From Escherichia coli (GTDB taxonomy: Bacteria; Pseudomonadota; Gammaproteobacteria; Enterobacterales; Enterobacteriaceae): a DNA stretch of 64,000 bases. This document shows positions 12,582 through 26,377 of this stretch, piece after piece; position 1 is the first letter of the stretch, and every line of letters starts with the position of its first letter. A model generated the notes under the pieces. That model was not told the DNA's origin. It ran no database searches and worked only from the letters and a program-made list of their open reading frames with translations. The translations under genes were made by a program, and so were the position numbers. The DNA is taken from assembly GCF_003334355.1 (NCBI RefSeq), contig NZ_QOWP01000005.1; one strand, 5' to 3'.

Positions 12582-13316
12582 ATGAAAAAACGCTTTATTT
12601 ATCACGATGAAAAATCGAATAAATTTTGGTGGATAGATTACGAAGGGGATAGTTTAGCTGTCAACTATGGCAAGGTAGGTAGTATTGGTAAATTCCAGAC
12701 AAAAGAGTTCGATAATGAAGAACAGTGTCTGAAAGAAGCCAGTAAATTGATTGCCGCAAAAATGAAGAAAGGCTATCAAGAAGATCCAAAGTTTAACTTC
12801 ATGGATCGCTACTATTTTGATGATGAAGAAATTGGGTTACATGTTAAAACGTCACACCCAAACTTCCAGTGCCATTTTACTGATCCACTTTATATGTGTT
12901 GCTGGGATGAAGAATCTCCTTTTGGCAGCGATGAAGGTGCTGATGCTCTAAACGTTCTTGAAAATAGCCTCCGTAAAGAGCCGGATCTGGACTGTGCTGA
13001 TTTCCCTCAAATGTTAATTGAAACTATGTGGGGTATGAAATACATCGCTATGGACAGTATTCTTGAAGAGGATGTTCGTGCGCAATTACTAGTCGATGAA
13101 ATGAGCACTATCCAGAGCAATATGATTACCTACGCAACTGCATTCGGTCAGATTAAAGTCATGGGTAAAATCTCCCATAAACTTAAAAAGATGGGACTCA
13201 ATGCACTAGCGCGTCATCAGCTTACCGCAAAAATTCTTCAATGGGGTGACGGTCAGGACTCACCAATACTTCAAAAAATGATTGATGACCTTACGGCGTT
13301 TCCTCACGAAAATTAA
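12582..13316 (+). CDS. yfeS: WGR-domain protein of unknown function YfeS
   Basis: 244 aa; N-terminal motif FWWIDYEGDSLAVNYGKVGSIGKFQTKEF typical of WGR domains. Confidence 0.8.
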   Translation: MKKRFIYHDEKSNKFWWIDYEGDSLAVNYGKVGSIGKFQTKEFDNEEQCLKEASKLIAAKMKKGYQEDPKFNFMDRYYFDDEEIGLHVKTSHPNFQCHFTDPLYMCCWDEESPFGSDEGADALNVLENSLRKEPDLDCADFPQMLIETMWGMKYIAMDSILEEDVRAQLLVDEMSTIQSNMITYATAFGQIKVMGKISHKLKKMGLNALARHQLTAKILQWGDGQDSPILQKMIDDLTAFPHEN

Positions 13317-13365
13317 ATACTGCATTTGTCGGCAGCAACAACTGTTAAAAAAGTGCGCTTTGTTT

Positions 13366-13470
<105 letters not shown>

Positions 13471-13504
13471 TGCGTTTGTCATCAGTCTCCGATGCTATTA
13501 ATCC

Positions 13505-14416
13505 TTAAATCCCCGCCCCCTGGCTAAAGTGCTCTTCCCCAAACACCCCGGTGGAAAGGTAGCGATCGCCACGATCGCAGATGATCGCCACCACCACCGC
13601 ACCAGGGTTAGCTTTTGCCACCCGCAGTGCTCCGGCAACCGCGCCGCCGGAGCTGACGCCACAGAATATTCCTTCCCGCACCGCCAGTTCGCGCATGGTG
13701 TTTTCCGCATCGCGCTGATGAATATCCAGCACCTCATCCACCAGAGAAGCGTTGAAAATCCCCGGCAGATATTCCGCAGGCCAGCGGCGAATGCCGGGAA
13801 TGCTACTGCCCTCTTCCGGCTGCAGGCCAACAATGGTCACCGGTTTGGATTGTTCGCGCATAAAGCGTGAAACGCCGGTGATAGTGCCGGTTGTTCCCAT
13901 GCTGGAGACAAAATGGGTAATGCGCCCGCCAGTTTGCTGCCAGATTTCCGGCCCGGTAGTGGTGTAATGGGCGTAAGGGTTATCGGGATTATTGAACTGA
14001 TCGAGCAGCTTTCCTTCACCACGATTAGCCATCTCCAGCGCCAGATCGCGCGCACCTTCCATGCCCTGCTCTTTGGTGACAAGAATCAGTTCCGCACCAT
14101 AAGCACGCATCGCCGCACGGCGTTCCTGGCTCATGTTGTCGGGCATCAGCAATTTCATGCGATAGCCTTTAAGCGCGGCAATCATTGCCAGCGCAATGCC
14201 GGTGTTACCACTGGTGGCTTCGATTAACACATCACCCGGTTTAATTTCCCCGCGCTTTTCCGCCTCGACGATCATCGAAAGCGCCGCACGATCTTTTACC
14301 GAACCTGCCGGGTTATTGCCTTCCAGTTTTAACCACACTTCACTGCCGTTATTCGGCCCCATTCGCTGCAACTTCACCAGAGGCGTATTGCCTATTGTTT
14401 GTTCTAATGTACTCAC
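13505..14416 (-). CDS. cysM: Cysteine synthase B (O-acetylserine sulfhydrylase B)
   Basis: 303 aa from a GTG start at 14414-14416 (VSTLEQTIGNTPLVKLQR); the longer track ORF extends into the REP-containing spacer and is rejected. Confidence 0.92.
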   Translation of the reverse strand: MSTLEQTIGNTPLVKLQRMGPNNGSEVWLKLEGNNPAGSVKDRAALSMIVEAEKRGEIKPGDVLIEATSGNTGIALAMIAALKGYRMKLLMPDNMSQERRAAMRAYGAELILVTKEQGMEGARDLALEMANRGEGKLLDQFNNPDNPYAHYTTTGPEIWQQTGGRITHFVSSMGTTGTITGVSRFMREQSKPVTIVGLQPEEGSSIPGIRRWPAEYLPGIFNASLVDEVLDIHQRDAENTMRELAVREGIFCGVSSGGAVAGALRVAKANPGAVVVAIICDRGDRYLSTGVFGEEHFSQGAGI

Positions 14417-14440
14417 GATCTCTATCCATACGTGGTGTTG

Positions 14441-14476
14441 CCTGATGCGACGCTTGCGCGTCTTATCAGGCCTACA
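14441..14476. repeat. REP element in cysA-cysM intercistronic spacer
   Basis: gcctgatgcgacgcttgcgcgtcttatcaggcctac palindrome. Confidence 0.8.
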
Positions 14477-14549
14477 GGTTACAAACCTTGCCATTAAAAA
14501 GCCCGGATCGCGGGAAGCGCCTCCGGGCGTTTAACATTCACTCAACCTA

Positions 14550-15647
14550 TCAGGCGCTTTGTGCGAGAGCAAGTTCCTCATCGCGGGTTTCGATACGCTC
14601 GTCGCCGTTATACAGCCGCGCATGTTGCAGACCAACGAATAAACGCTCGCCACGCTGCGGGGCATCGTCGCCATGCATCACGACCGTCAGCGGTTCGTTG
14701 TACCACCCCAGCGGCTGCACCACTAATTGGGTGTAGTGACCTTTCGGGCTGGCTTCCAGTACCTGTACCGGCAGCGGCGAATCGAGGCTGGTACGGCGGC
14801 TGATATCCACTTCCCAAGGGCGCAGGAAGAGATCCACCGGCCCCTGATACGCAGGTGTGTAGCCCAGCGGCCAGCGATGCGCGCCAACATGGAACTGCCC
14901 GCCGCGAATGGTTCCCTGCAGGCGGTTCACTTCGCCCATAAATTCGAGCACAAAACGGGTCGCCGGTTCGCGCCATACCTGATCCGGCGCGTCAGCCTGT
15001 TCAATATTGCCCTGGCTCATCACAACTACACGATCAGCTACTTCGGTCGCTTCTTCCTGATCGTGGGTCACAAAAACGCTGGTGAATTTTAGTTCTTCAT
15101 GGAGTTGACGCAGCCAGCGACGCAGCTCTTTACGCACCTGCGCATCCAGCGCGCCAAACGGTTCATCAAGCAGCAGAATTTGCGGTTCCACAGCCAGCGC
15201 GCGCGCCAGCGCCACGCGCTGTTTCTGGCCGCCGGAAAGCTGCGCCGGATAACGATCCGCCAGATGGGCAAGCTGGACCATTTCCAGCAATTTTGTCACT
15301 TTCGCTTTGATGGCTGCGGCATTCGGGCGCTCGCGACGCGGCAGCACCGTCAGGCCAAAAGCGATATTGTCGAACACCGTCATATGGCGGAACAGCGCGT
15401 AATGCTGGAACACGAAACCGACTTTACGATCACGTGCGTGCAGGCGGCTCACGTCGGTGCCGTGGAAGCGAATATGCCCGCTGGTTTGATGCTCCAGCCC
15501 GGCGATAATGCGCAGCAGCGTGGTTTTCCCGGAACCGGACGGCCCCAGCAACGCGACCATCTGACCTGAAGGAATATCCAGTGAGATATCGTTCAGCACC
15601 TGGGTGCGACCAAACGACTTCTTAATATTGGCAATCTCAATGCTCAT
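14550..15647 (-). CDS. cysA: Sulfate/thiosulfate ABC transporter ATP-binding protein
   Basis: 365 aa; Walker [13 protein letters not shown] signature LSGGQKQR, Walker B LLLDEP. Confidence 0.97.
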   Translation of the reverse strand: MSIEIANIKKSFGRTQVLNDISLDIPSGQMVALLGPSGSGKTTLLRIIAGLEHQTSGHIRFHGTDVSRLHARDRKVGFVFQHYALFRHMTVFDNIAFGLTVLPRRERPNAAAIKAKVTKLLEMVQLAHLADRYPAQLSGGQKQRVALARALAVEPQILLLDEPFGALDAQVRKELRRWLRQLHEELKFTSVFVTHDQEEATEVADRVVVMSQGNIEQADAPDQVWREPATRFVLEFMGEVNRLQGTIRGGQFHVGAHRWPLGYTPAYQGPVDLFLRPWEVDISRRTSLDSPLPVQVLEASPKGHYTQLVVQPLGWYNEPLTVVMHGDDAPQRGERLFVGLQHARLYNGDERIETRDEELALAQSA

Positions 15648-16512
15648 GATGTTCCTCCTGCTGTGCGCGTTTTTCCTGATTCTCCAGGCGCCACTGCAAC
15701 ATACTTTTTAAAAACAGGGTGATAATCGCCATCAGCGTTAACAGCGCCGCAGCGGTAAAGGAGCCGACGGTGTTGTAGTCCTGCTCCAGCAATTCAATCT
15801 GTAACGGCAGCGACAGGGTTTCGCCGCGAATCGAGCCGGAAACCACCGACACTGCGCCAAACTCGCCAATCGCGCGGGCGTTGGTCAGCACCACGCCATA
15901 AAGCAGCGCCCAGCGAATGTTCGGCAATGTGACGCGGCGAAACATCTGCCAGCCAGACGCGCCAAGCAAAATTGCCGCTTCGTCTTCCTGGCTGCCCTGG
16001 CTTAACATCACCGGCACCAGCTCGCGCACCACAAACGGACACGTCACGAAGATCGTGACCAGCACCATTCCGGGCCAAGAGAACATAATTTGCAGATTAT
16101 GTTCATCCAGCCAGCCGCCGAGCGGGCCGTTGGAGCCGTAGAACAGCAGATACACCAGACCGGCAACCACTGGCGATACGGCAAAAGGAATGTCCAGTAG
16201 CGTCAGCAGTAACTGGCGTCCGGGGAAGTTAAAGCGCGTCACCAGCCAGGCCAGCAGAATGCCGAACACCAGGTTCACCGGTACGGCAATCAGCGCAATC
16301 ATCACCGTCAGCCAAATCGCGTGCAACATGTCCGGATCGGCCAGATTCTGTAAAACCGGCATCAGCCCCTTGCTGAATGCCTGCACGAAGATGTAAATCA
16401 TCGGCACCAGCAGGATGAACGCCGAAACCAGCATCCCGATGCCAATTAGAAACCATTTGCCCCAGTTAATCGGGCGCGCGTCATAACGCTTCAATTGTGT
16501 CACTTCCGCCAT
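15637..16512 (-). CDS. cysW: Sulfate/thiosulfate ABC transporter permease
   Basis: 291 aa polytopic permease; overlaps cysA start by 11 nt. Confidence 0.95.
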   Translation of the reverse strand: MAEVTQLKRYDARPINWGKWFLIGIGMLVSAFILLVPMIYIFVQAFSKGLMPVLQNLADPDMLHAIWLTVMIALIAVPVNLVFGILLAWLVTRFNFPGRQLLLTLLDIPFAVSPVVAGLVYLLFYGSNGPLGGWLDEHNLQIMFSWPGMVLVTIFVTCPFVVRELVPVMLSQGSQEDEAAILLGASGWQMFRRVTLPNIRWALLYGVVLTNARAIGEFGAVSVVSGSIRGETLSLPLQIELLEQDYNTVGSFTAAALLTLMAIITLFLKSMLQWRLENQEKRAQQEEHHEH

Positions 16513-17345
16513 TAATGACCTACCACACGCCGACCAAAGCGACTTTGCAGAGTGTTAATTGAGAACAGCAGTATCAGGGATGCCGCGAGGATCACCGAAG
16601 CAATCGCGCTCGCCGCCGGGTAATCAAACTCCTGCAAGCGCACAAAAATCATCAGCGACGTCACTTCCGTCTTCCACGCGATATTTCCGGCGATAAAAAT
16701 CACCGCGCCAAATTCACCAAGACTACGGGTAAACGACAGCGCCACGCCCGCCACCAGCGCCGGAGAAAGCTCCGGCAGCACCACTTTGCAGAAACTCTGC
16801 CAGCGCGTTGCACCAAGTGTTTCCGCCGCTTCTTCATATTCCGGGCCTAACTCTTCCAGCACCGGCTGCACGGTACGTACCACAAACGGAATGCTGGTAA
16901 AGGCCATCGCCACCGCAATCCCCAGCCAGGTATAGGTGACTTTGATATCAAACTTCGCCAGCCATTCACCGTAAAAACCGTTTACAGAAAAGAGCGAGGC
17001 CAGCGTTAAACCGGCGACTGCCGTTGGCAGCGCAAAGGGTAAATCCATCAGCGCATCAAGCAGCGTGCGGCCAGGGAAGCGATAACGAGTTAAGATCCAC
17101 GCCATCAGCAGACCGAAAACGCCGTTAAAAATCGATGCCACAAACGCCGACAGCAGCGTCACTTTGTAGGCTGCGACCACCTGCGGGTTGGTGATCACCT
17201 CCCAGTACTGCGCCCAGCTCATCTGGGCCAGCTGCATCACCAGCGCGGAGAGTGGCAGCAGCAAAATCAGGCAAACAAACAGCAGACTGGTGCCGAGGCT
17301 TAAGGTAAAGCCCGGCAGCACGCGTCTTGAAGAAACCGCAAACAT
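16512..17345 (-). CDS. cysU: Sulfate/thiosulfate ABC transporter permease
   Basis: 277 aa permease; stop/start overlaps with cysW and cysP. Confidence 0.95.
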   Translation of the reverse strand: MFAVSSRRVLPGFTLSLGTSLLFVCLILLLPLSALVMQLAQMSWAQYWEVITNPQVVAAYKVTLLSAFVASIFNGVFGLLMAWILTRYRFPGRTLLDALMDLPFALPTAVAGLTLASLFSVNGFYGEWLAKFDIKVTYTWLGIAVAMAFTSIPFVVRTVQPVLEELGPEYEEAAETLGATRWQSFCKVVLPELSPALVAGVALSFTRSLGEFGAVIFIAGNIAWKTEVTSLMIFVRLQEFDYPAASAIASVILAASLILLFSINTLQSRFGRRVVGH

Positions 17346-18361
17346 CAGTTACGCCCCGCCGATAACAGCTTGTCTAACTCGCCGCCGCTGGTGAAGTGGG
17401 TTTTCATCACTTCCGGCCAGGAGCCAAATTTGTCTTCCACGCGGAACAGCTCGGTCTGCGGGAATTTGTTTTTCAGTTTGTCCATGACTTCCGGGTTATT
17501 TACGCGGTAGTAATAGTCGGTGATGATGGTCTGCGCCTGCGGGCTGTAGAGCCAGTTCAGGTAGGCTTTTGCTGCTTTTTCCGTACCGTTGGCCTGCACA
17601 TTTTTATCGACCCACGCCACCGGGAATTCCGCCAGAATGTTGGTTTTCGGAATCACCACTTCAAAGCCCTGCGCTTCATACTGTTTGCGGATGTTGTTCA
17701 CTTCCGACTCGAAGCTGATCAGCACATCGCCCAGGCCGCGCTCGGCAAAAGTGGTGGTCGCGCCACGACCGCCAGTATCGAACACTTCAACGTTTTTCAG
17801 GAACTGAGTCATAAACTGTTCGGTTTTGGCTTTATCACCACCGTCAGCTTTATCCGCTGCGCCCCATGCCGCAAGGTAGGTGTAACGCGCGTTACCGGAC
17901 GTTTTTGGGTTCGGGAAAATCAGCTTCACGTCGGAGCGCACCAGGTCGTTCCAGTCGTGGATATTCTTCGGGTTGCCCTTACGCACCAGGAAGCCCATGG
18001 TGGAGTAGAACGGCGAGCTATTCTTCGGCAGGCGCGACTGCCAGTCCGCCGGGATAAGCTTGCCTTTATCGTGCAGAATTTGTACGTCGGTCACCTGGTT
18101 ATAAGTGACAACGTCGGCTTTTAAGCCCTGCAAAATTGCCAGCGCCTGTTTTGATGACCCGGCATGAGATTGTTTTATCGTCAGTTTGTCGCCGCCGTTA
18201 TCTTTGGCCCATTGCTGTTCAAACGGCGGGTTCAGGGCGGCAAACAGCTCGCGGGAGACGTCATAAGAACTGTTCAGCAGTTCCGTTGCCTGTACATGGC
18301 CCGCCAGCAGCAGAGAAGCGACCAGCGCGAGTGAGTTCTTTTTCAGTAAGTTAACGGCCAT
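17345..18361 (-). CDS. cysP: Thiosulfate-binding periplasmic protein
   Basis: 338 aa; signal peptide [25 protein letters not shown]; first gene of cysPUWAM. Confidence 0.95.
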   Translation of the reverse strand: MAVNLLKKNSLALVASLLLAGHVQATELLNSSYDVSRELFAALNPPFEQQWAKDNGGDKLTIKQSHAGSSKQALAILQGLKADVVTYNQVTDVQILHDKGKLIPADWQSRLPKNSSPFYSTMGFLVRKGNPKNIHDWNDLVRSDVKLIFPNPKTSGNARYTYLAAWGAADKADGGDKAKTEQFMTQFLKNVEVFDTGGRGATTTFAERGLGDVLISFESEVNNIRKQYEAQGFEVVIPKTNILAEFPVAWVDKNVQANGTEKAAKAYLNWLYSPQAQTIITDYYYRVNNPEVMDKLKNKFPQTELFRVEDKFGSWPEVMKTHFTSGGELDKLLSAGRN

Positions 18362-18518
18362 TGCGCACCCTTATAAATTTAATGACTTTCTAATAGCCAT
18401 CATATTTATAACGGACGTGAAAGGAGTAACGGTTTTATATACCGTTTGGTGATTTGGAAGTTGAAAAGGGAATAAGACGAAATCCTCCCCACAAATGCAG
18501 GGAGGAAACAGAGGTGAA
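18362..18518 (-). promoter_or_regulatory. cysP promoter region (expected CysB-dependent)
   Basis: 157-bp AT-rich spacer upstream of cysP; regulation is established knowledge, sites not mapped. Confidence 0.4.
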
Positions 18519-19310
18519 TCAGATACCGACGCTAACCGTCTCCGGCAGTGTGCTGCCGCCATCAATCACATTCTGTGTACCGGTTAAATAGCTGGATTCA
18601 TCCGATGCGAGGAAGGCCGCCAGTTCGCCGACTTCCAGCGGATCGGCGAGGCGACGCATCGGGATTGCTTTCGCCATTTCAGTCAGCACCGACTCTGGAT
18701 CTTCCGGGTTCGACTGGCGGGCAATGCTTTCCGCCATTGGTGTGCGCACGTATCCCGGGCAAATGGCGTTAACGCGAATACCAGACTGCGCGTACTCCAC
18801 CGCCAGCGATTTTGTCAGGCCAACAATCGCCGCTTTCGTTAAGGCGTACGCCGTTTCGCCAGGATCGGCCACCATATCACCAGTGACTGAAGACATCATC
18901 ACAATGCGACCATCTTTGCGGGCAATCATCTCCGGCAGCACCGCCTTCGTGACGTTCCATACGCCTTTAATATTGATATCAATATGGAAATCGCGATCTT
19001 CATCGCTCATATCGAGGAAACTGCCCAGACGACAAACGCCTGCGTTATTCACCAGGATATCAATGCGCCCTTCTTTTTCCTTCGCGCGCTTGATAGCTGC
19101 GGCGACCGACGCCGGGTCACGCACATCGGCGACAACCGCCGTACAGCGATGACCACGACCACACAGTTCGTCCGCCAGCTTTTCGATCTCAGGGGAGATA
19201 TCCAGCAAGATTAGGTTTGCGCCATGACGCGCAAAAGTTCTGGCAATTCCTTCGCCAATTCCCTGCAATGCGCCCGTAATCAGTGCTGTCTTGCCCGTGA
19301 GTTTACCCAT
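18519..19310 (-). CDS. ucpA: Short-chain dehydrogenase/reductase
   Basis: Start at MGKLTGKTALITGALQGIGEGIA (Rossmann TGxxxGxG); 263 aa; longer track ORF rejected. Confidence 0.9.
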   Translation of the reverse strand: MGKLTGKTALITGALQGIGEGIARTFARHGANLILLDISPEIEKLADELCGRGHRCTAVVADVRDPASVAAAIKRAKEKEGRIDILVNNAGVCRLGSFLDMSDEDRDFHIDINIKGVWNVTKAVLPEMIARKDGRIVMMSSVTGDMVADPGETAYALTKAAIVGLTKSLAVEYAQSGIRVNAICPGYVRTPMAESIARQSNPEDPESVLTEMAKAIPMRRLADPLEVGELAAFLASDESSYLTGTQNVIDGGSTLPETVSVGI

Positions 19311-19438
19311 TTTAATGCTCTCCTTGTTAATACAGAGCGTTACACTCCATTCCCTCTGAAAATACAGGATAAACAAAATATTGCTGCGGATCAGCTCACT
19401 AATTCAGGAAAATCTCAATCCAGTCGCTGCTTTATGCA

Positions 19439-20296
19439 TCATTTCAGGCGTTGTGTTAGCTCACTGCTGCGCTGAATCATTTTCAATGACTCCACATCAT
19501 TGAGTTGCACAAGACCAACAAACAGTAAATCGGTAACAGAATTTTGCGCCGTGCGGGTAGACATCGACGAGCTACGCCATTCGGTTTCACCGGAAACGGT
19601 ATCGAGCGTGAAATGCGCCAGCCGCCGCAGCGGAGAGTCAGCCAGAGAAGTAATGGCAATCACCGTTGCCCCCTGCTTTCGTGCCGCTTCTGCGCACAAG
19701 ACAATCTCTTTTTTACTGCCGCTGTAAGAGATAGCGATTTGTACATCGCCTTTTTTCAACGCCTGGGAAACGGTGGCTTGTACGTGCGTGTCGGCTTCGC
19801 AGGCCACGCGATAGCCAATTTTCATCAGTTTGAACGACAGATCGCGCCCCACCAGCGCCGACCCGCCCAGGCCCGTTATCTGGATAAACGGTGCTTTACT
19901 GATGACCTCAATGATTTTTTGCAGCCGCGCGTAGTCGAACAACGCACAGGTTTGCTCCAGCGCCAGCTCTTTTTCGCGATTCAGTTTGCGGGCAATCACT
20001 TCCAGCGAATCATCACTGGTAATCGAACTGTGCAGGTGCAGCGCCGTGGCATTCGTTTTCTCCTGGCTGGCACTGTATTCGCCTATTAACGCCATACGCA
20101 ATTCAGTAAATCCTTGTGCGCCGAGCTTCTGGGCAAACTTCACAATACTCGACTGGCTGATGCCGAGCTGTTTCGCTATCTTGCGCGAAGAGACGGATTT
20201 CAGCTCACTCACGTTGGCCCGCAGAAAGTCAGCAATTGTTTGCTCGTTCCCGGTAAATTCACTTTCCGCATTGCGTATTTTCGTCAGGTACAACAT
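19439..20296 (-). CDS. murR: RpiR-family repressor of MurNAc catabolism
   Basis: 285 aa from [14 protein letters not shown]; N-terminal HTH, C-terminal SIS domain; divergent from murQ. Confidence 0.9.
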   Translation of the reverse strand: MLYLTKIRNAESEFTGNEQTIADFLRANVSELKSVSSRKIAKQLGISQSSIVKFAQKLGAQGFTELRMALIGEYSASQEKTNATALHLHSSITSDDSLEVIARKLNREKELALEQTCALFDYARLQKIIEVISKAPFIQITGLGGSALVGRDLSFKLMKIGYRVACEADTHVQATVSQALKKGDVQIAISYSGSKKEIVLCAEAARKQGATVIAITSLADSPLRRLAHFTLDTVSGETEWRSSSMSTRTAQNSVTDLLFVGLVQLNDVESLKMIQRSSELTQRLK

Positions 20297-20459
20297 CTTC
20301 CACTCTCCTGGGCTGGCAGCATAAATTCCGCTTAAGTTCTTATGACGCTCTTCACACTCTGCAAGTGTAGACTCAATGATTCCTTTAAGTCTGTCAATTC
20401 GGGATATATGATTCCATACATCTGCAATTATTTGATCGTAAATAGTAAGGTCACCACCG
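20297..20459. promoter_or_regulatory. murR / murQP divergent control region
   Basis: 163-bp spacer between divergent starts; operator positions not determined. Confidence 0.4.
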
Positions 20460-21356
20460 ATGCAATTTGAAAAGATGATTACTGAAGGCTCGAACACCGC
20501 CTCGGCTGAAATTGACCGCGTATCGACGCTGGAAATGTGCCGGATTATCAACGATGAAGATAAAACCGTACCGCTTGCCGTTGAGCGCGTACTGCCGGAT
20601 ATCGCCGCGGCGATCGATGTTATCCACGCCCAGGTAAGCGGTGGCGGGCGTCTGATTTACCTCGGTGCGGGAACATCCGGTCGTCTGGGGATTCTGGATG
20701 CCAGCGAATGTCCGCCCACCTACGGCGTGAAACCAGGTCTGGTAGTTGGATTAATTGCTGGCGGCGAATATGCCATTAAGCACGCGGTGGAAGGCGCGGA
20801 AGATAGCCGGGAAGGCGGCGTTAACGATCTGAAAAATATTAATTTAACGGCACAGGATGTGGTGGTCGGTATTGCCGCCAGTGGTCGTACGCCGTATGTG
20901 ATTGCCGGACTGGAATACGCGCGCCAGCTCGGTTGCCGTACAGTGGGAATTTCCTGTAATCCGGGGAGCGCCGTTTCAACCACCGCAGAGTTTGCCATTA
21001 CACCGATTGTAGGTGCCGAAGTGGTTACCGGTTCTTCGCGGATGAAAGCAGGTACAGCGCAGAAACTGGTACTCAATATGCTCTCCACCGGGCTGATGAT
21101 TAAATCCGGCAAAGTGTTCGGCAACCTGATGGTCGATGTGGTCGCCACCAACGAAAAACTGCATGTGCGCCAGGTCAATATCGTTAAAAACGCCACCGGA
21201 TGTAATGCCGAACAAGCGGAAGCGGCGTTAATTGCCTGCGAGCGCAACTGTAAAACGGCCATTGTGATGGTGCTGAAAAATCTCGATGCCGCAGAAGCTA
21301 AAAAACGCCTGGATCAACACGGCGGCTTTATTCGTCAGGTTTTAGACAAGGAATAA
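20460..21356 (+). CDS. murQ: N-acetylmuramic acid 6-phosphate etherase
   Basis: 298 aa SIS-domain protein. Confidence 0.95.
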   Translation: MQFEKMITEGSNTASAEIDRVSTLEMCRIINDEDKTVPLAVERVLPDIAAAIDVIHAQVSGGGRLIYLGAGTSGRLGILDASECPPTYGVKPGLVVGLIAGGEYAIKHAVEGAEDSREGGVNDLKNINLTAQDVVVGIAASGRTPYVIAGLEYARQLGCRTVGISCNPGSAVSTTAEFAITPIVGAEVVTGSSRMKAGTAQKLVLNMLSTGLMIKSGKVFGNLMVDVVATNEKLHVRQVNIVKNATGCNAEQAEAALIACERNCKTAIVMVLKNLDAAEAKKRLDQHGGFIRQVLDKE

Positions 21357-21359
21357 CCC

Positions 21360-22784
<1,425 letters not shown>

Positions 22785-22788
22785 TATC

Positions 22789-24093
22789 ATGAAACGGACA
22801 ATGCTCTATCTTTCTCTGCTGGCTGTTAGTTGTAGCGTCAGCGCCGCAAAATACCCTGTTCTGACAGAAAGTTCGCCAGAGAAAGCAGGGTTCAACGTCG
22901 AACGGCTTAACCAGATGGATCGCTGGATTAGCCAGCAAGTTGATGTCGGTTATCCCGGCGTAAACCTGCTGATCATTAAAGATAATCAGATTGTGTATCG
23001 CAAAGCCTGGGGAGCGGCGAAAAAGTACGATGGCAGCGTGTTGATGGAACAGCCTGTCAAAGCCACCACCGGGACGCTGTATGACCTGGCCTCAAACACC
23101 AAAATGTACGCCACGAACTTCGCCCTGCAAAAGCTGATGAGCGAAGGCAAACTGCATCCTGACGATCGGATTGCGAAATATATTCCGGGGTTTGCCGATA
23201 GTCCAAATGACACCATTAAAGGCAAAAACACCCTGCGGATTTCTGACCTGCTGCATCACAGCGGCGGTTTCCCGGCAGATCCGCAATACCCGAATAAAGC
23301 GGTCGCGGGCGCGTTTTATTCCCAGGATAAAGGCCAGACGCTGGAGATGATCAAGCGCACGCCGCTGGAATATCAGCCCGGCAGCAAACATATCTACAGC
23401 GATGTCGATTATATGCTGCTTGGATTTATCGTCGAGTCGGTTACCGGTCAGCCGCTTGACCGCTATGTTGAAGAGTCGATTTATCGCCCGCTCGGCCTGA
23501 CACATACGGTATTTAACCCGCTGCTGAAAGGCTTTAAACCGCAACAAATTGCCGCCACGGAATTGAACGGCAATACCCGCGATGGCGTGATCCATTTCCC
23601 GAATATCCGCACCTCCACTCTCTGGGGTCAGGTGCACGATGAAAAAGCCTTTTATTCGATGGGCGGCGTTTCCGGGCACGCAGGTTTGTTTTCCAATACC
23701 GGCGATATTGCGGTGTTAATGCAAACGATGCTGAACGGCGGGGGCTATGGCGATGTGCAGCTGTTCAGTGCGGAAACGGTGAAGATGTTCACCACCAGCT
23801 CTAAGGAAGATGCCACTTTTGGCCTCGGCTGGCGCGTGAATGGTAATGCCACCATGACGCCGACGTTTGGCACGCTGGCAAGCCCGCAAACCTACGGTCA
23901 CACTGGCTGGACCGGAACGGTGACCGTTATCGATCCGGTCAATCATATGGCGATTGTGATGTTAAGCAACAAGCCCCATTCGCCAGTTGCCGATCCACAA
24001 AAAAATCCCAATATGTTCGAAAGCGGTCAGTTACCAATTGCAACTTATGGTTGGGTAGTTGATCAGGTGTATGCGGCGTTGAAGCAAAAGTAA
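22789..24093 (+). CDS. yfeW: Penicillin-binding protein 4B / beta-lactamase-fold peptidase
   Basis: 434 aa from MKRTMLYLSLLAVSCSVSAA (signal peptide); SxxK motif in LASNTKMYA; track ORF start 22702 overlaps murP and is rejected. Confidence 0.9.
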   Translation: MKRTMLYLSLLAVSCSVSAAKYPVLTESSPEKAGFNVERLNQMDRWISQQVDVGYPGVNLLIIKDNQIVYRKAWGAAKKYDGSVLMEQPVKATTGTLYDLASNTKMYATNFALQKLMSEGKLHPDDRIAKYIPGFADSPNDTIKGKNTLRISDLLHHSGGFPADPQYPNKAVAGAFYSQDKGQTLEMIKRTPLEYQPGSKHIYSDVDYMLLGFIVESVTGQPLDRYVEESIYRPLGLTHTVFNPLLKGFKPQQIAATELNGNTRDGVIHFPNIRTSTLWGQVHDEKAFYSMGGVSGHAGLFSNTGDIAVLMQTMLNGGGYGDVQLFSAETVKMFTTSSKEDATFGLGWRVNGNATMTPTFGTLASPQTYGHTGWTGTVTVIDPVNHMAIVMLSNKPHSPVADPQKNPNMFESGQLPIATYGWVVDQVYAALKQK

Positions 24094-24095
24094 TA

Positions 24096-24132
24096 AAAAG
24101 GCCAGTCAGTTTTGTTACTGGCTGGCCTTTAA
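24096..24132. terminator. Bidirectional terminator between convergent yfeW and yfeX
   Basis: aaaaaggccagtcagttttgttactggctggcctttaa: long GC stem with flanking A/T runs. Confidence 0.75.
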
Positions 24133-24150
24133 TCAATGAATCAGAAACGC

Positions 24151-25134
<984 letters not shown>

Positions 25135-25145
25135 TCAGACGCAAA

Positions 25146-25721
25146 TTAACGCCGCCAGATAATTTTACTGACTTTCCAGTTTTTCAGGGTATCGTCCGAA
25201 GGCATTAACCCTTCAGGACCACGCCATTCCCCGCTGAACTGGTAGCTAATATGTTGACTGCCTTCGGCTTTACATTCGACGGCACGATTATCATCACCAT
25301 CAGCTTTTTGGCAATTGCCAAATGCTTTGCTGTAAAGGTCGCTAAACGGTGTACCGATTTTAACACCGGTGTCAGCAGGAATATCGCTATCCAGCACGTC
25401 AATGCGGCTGATCGTGCCTTGCTCGCCGTTAATCACCATCGCCACATTGTCGTCTTTCATCACTTCAAAAAAGCGCACCACGTTGCCGTTCGCGGTTTTC
25501 ATTCCGCTGCGCAGGCGATAATCGCCATCAAGCGCATCAGCAATGGCTTGTTCTTGCAGTGGTGTGGACGCCGTTAATTCACCCACGCCCTGCTCGCTCA
25601 CTTTGGTGGACGACCCAAACCAGTTCCACGGGTTAGCGGCAGACCAGTTAACTGACGACATCGTGGAACAGCCGGTCAGCATCAACGGCATAGCGCATAA
25701 CATTAAACGCAGCGATTTCAT
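25146..25721 (-). CDS. yfeY: Outer-membrane lipoprotein YfeY
   Basis: 191 aa; lipobox LTGC in MKSLRLMLCAMPLMLTGCSTM. Confidence 0.85.
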   Translation of the reverse strand: MKSLRLMLCAMPLMLTGCSTMSSVNWSAANPWNWFGSSTKVSEQGVGELTASTPLQEQAIADALDGDYRLRSGMKTANGNVVRFFEVMKDDNVAMVINGEQGTISRIDVLDSDIPADTGVKIGTPFSDLYSKAFGNCQKADGDDNRAVECKAEGSQHISYQFSGEWRGPEGLMPSDDTLKNWKVSKIIWRR

Positions 25722-25808
25722 GTCACTTCCTTTGGTTATTCAATAACGTTGCTTGGAGTGCAAATTCACCAAAAAGTGCCGTTAAAGGTTGATGACAAAC
25801 ACAAAATT

Positions 25809-25906
25809 GCCTGATGCGCTACGCTTATCAGGCCTACTTTCTCCTGCAATATATTGAATTTTCGATGTTTTGTAGGCCGGATAAGGCGTTCTCGCCGCAT
25901 CCGGCA
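25809..25906. repeat. REP/BIME pair
   Basis: gcctgatgcgctacgcttatcaggcctac and gtaggccggataaggcgttctcgccgcatccggca. Confidence 0.8.
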
Positions 25907-25927
25907 TAAACAAAGCGCACCTCTGCG

Positions 25928-26377
25928 TTATTCTTTTTCTTCATTAAAACAAGCGCGTAAACGTCGATTGGTCAGCAGCCAGATTAACGCCACAATATCC
26001 GCCACTACCAGCGCCAGACCGATACCGCTAACGGATTCACCGTTCAGCCACAGCCACGGTTGCCAGCAAAGTAAAACCACCTGCGCCAACAGCAACAGAA
26101 AATAGAGTACACGCCAGGTGCGAGGAAACGTAGCCCGCCGACCGCTCAACAAAAACGCCAGCACCGCCGGAATGCCAGGAATCAGCCCCAGCCAGAAATT
26201 ATCGTGATCGGGATAAAACAGATTTAGCAGCGCAGTACCCTGCTCGCGCGACGCACCGGCAATGACAAACAGCACCCAGGTTCGCGCCTGAAGCAATAGC
26301 ACAAGCCAGAAGAGCAAGGGTAAACGCAGGCGACCGTGCGCATCATAATGGACAGGATGAAACTCAGTACTCTTCAT
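25928..26377 (-). CDS. yfeZ: Inner-membrane protein YfeZ
   Basis: About 149 aa, hydrophobic; start [15 protein letters not shown] chosen (alternative ATG 6 nt upstream). Confidence 0.8.
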   Translation of the reverse strand: MKSTEFHPVHYDAHGRLRLPLLFWLVLLLQARTWVLFVIAGASREQGTALLNLFYPDHDNFWLGLIPGIPAVLAFLLSGRRATFPRTWRVLYFLLLLAQVVLLCWQPWLWLNGESVSGIGLALVVADIVALIWLLTNRRLRACFNEEKE

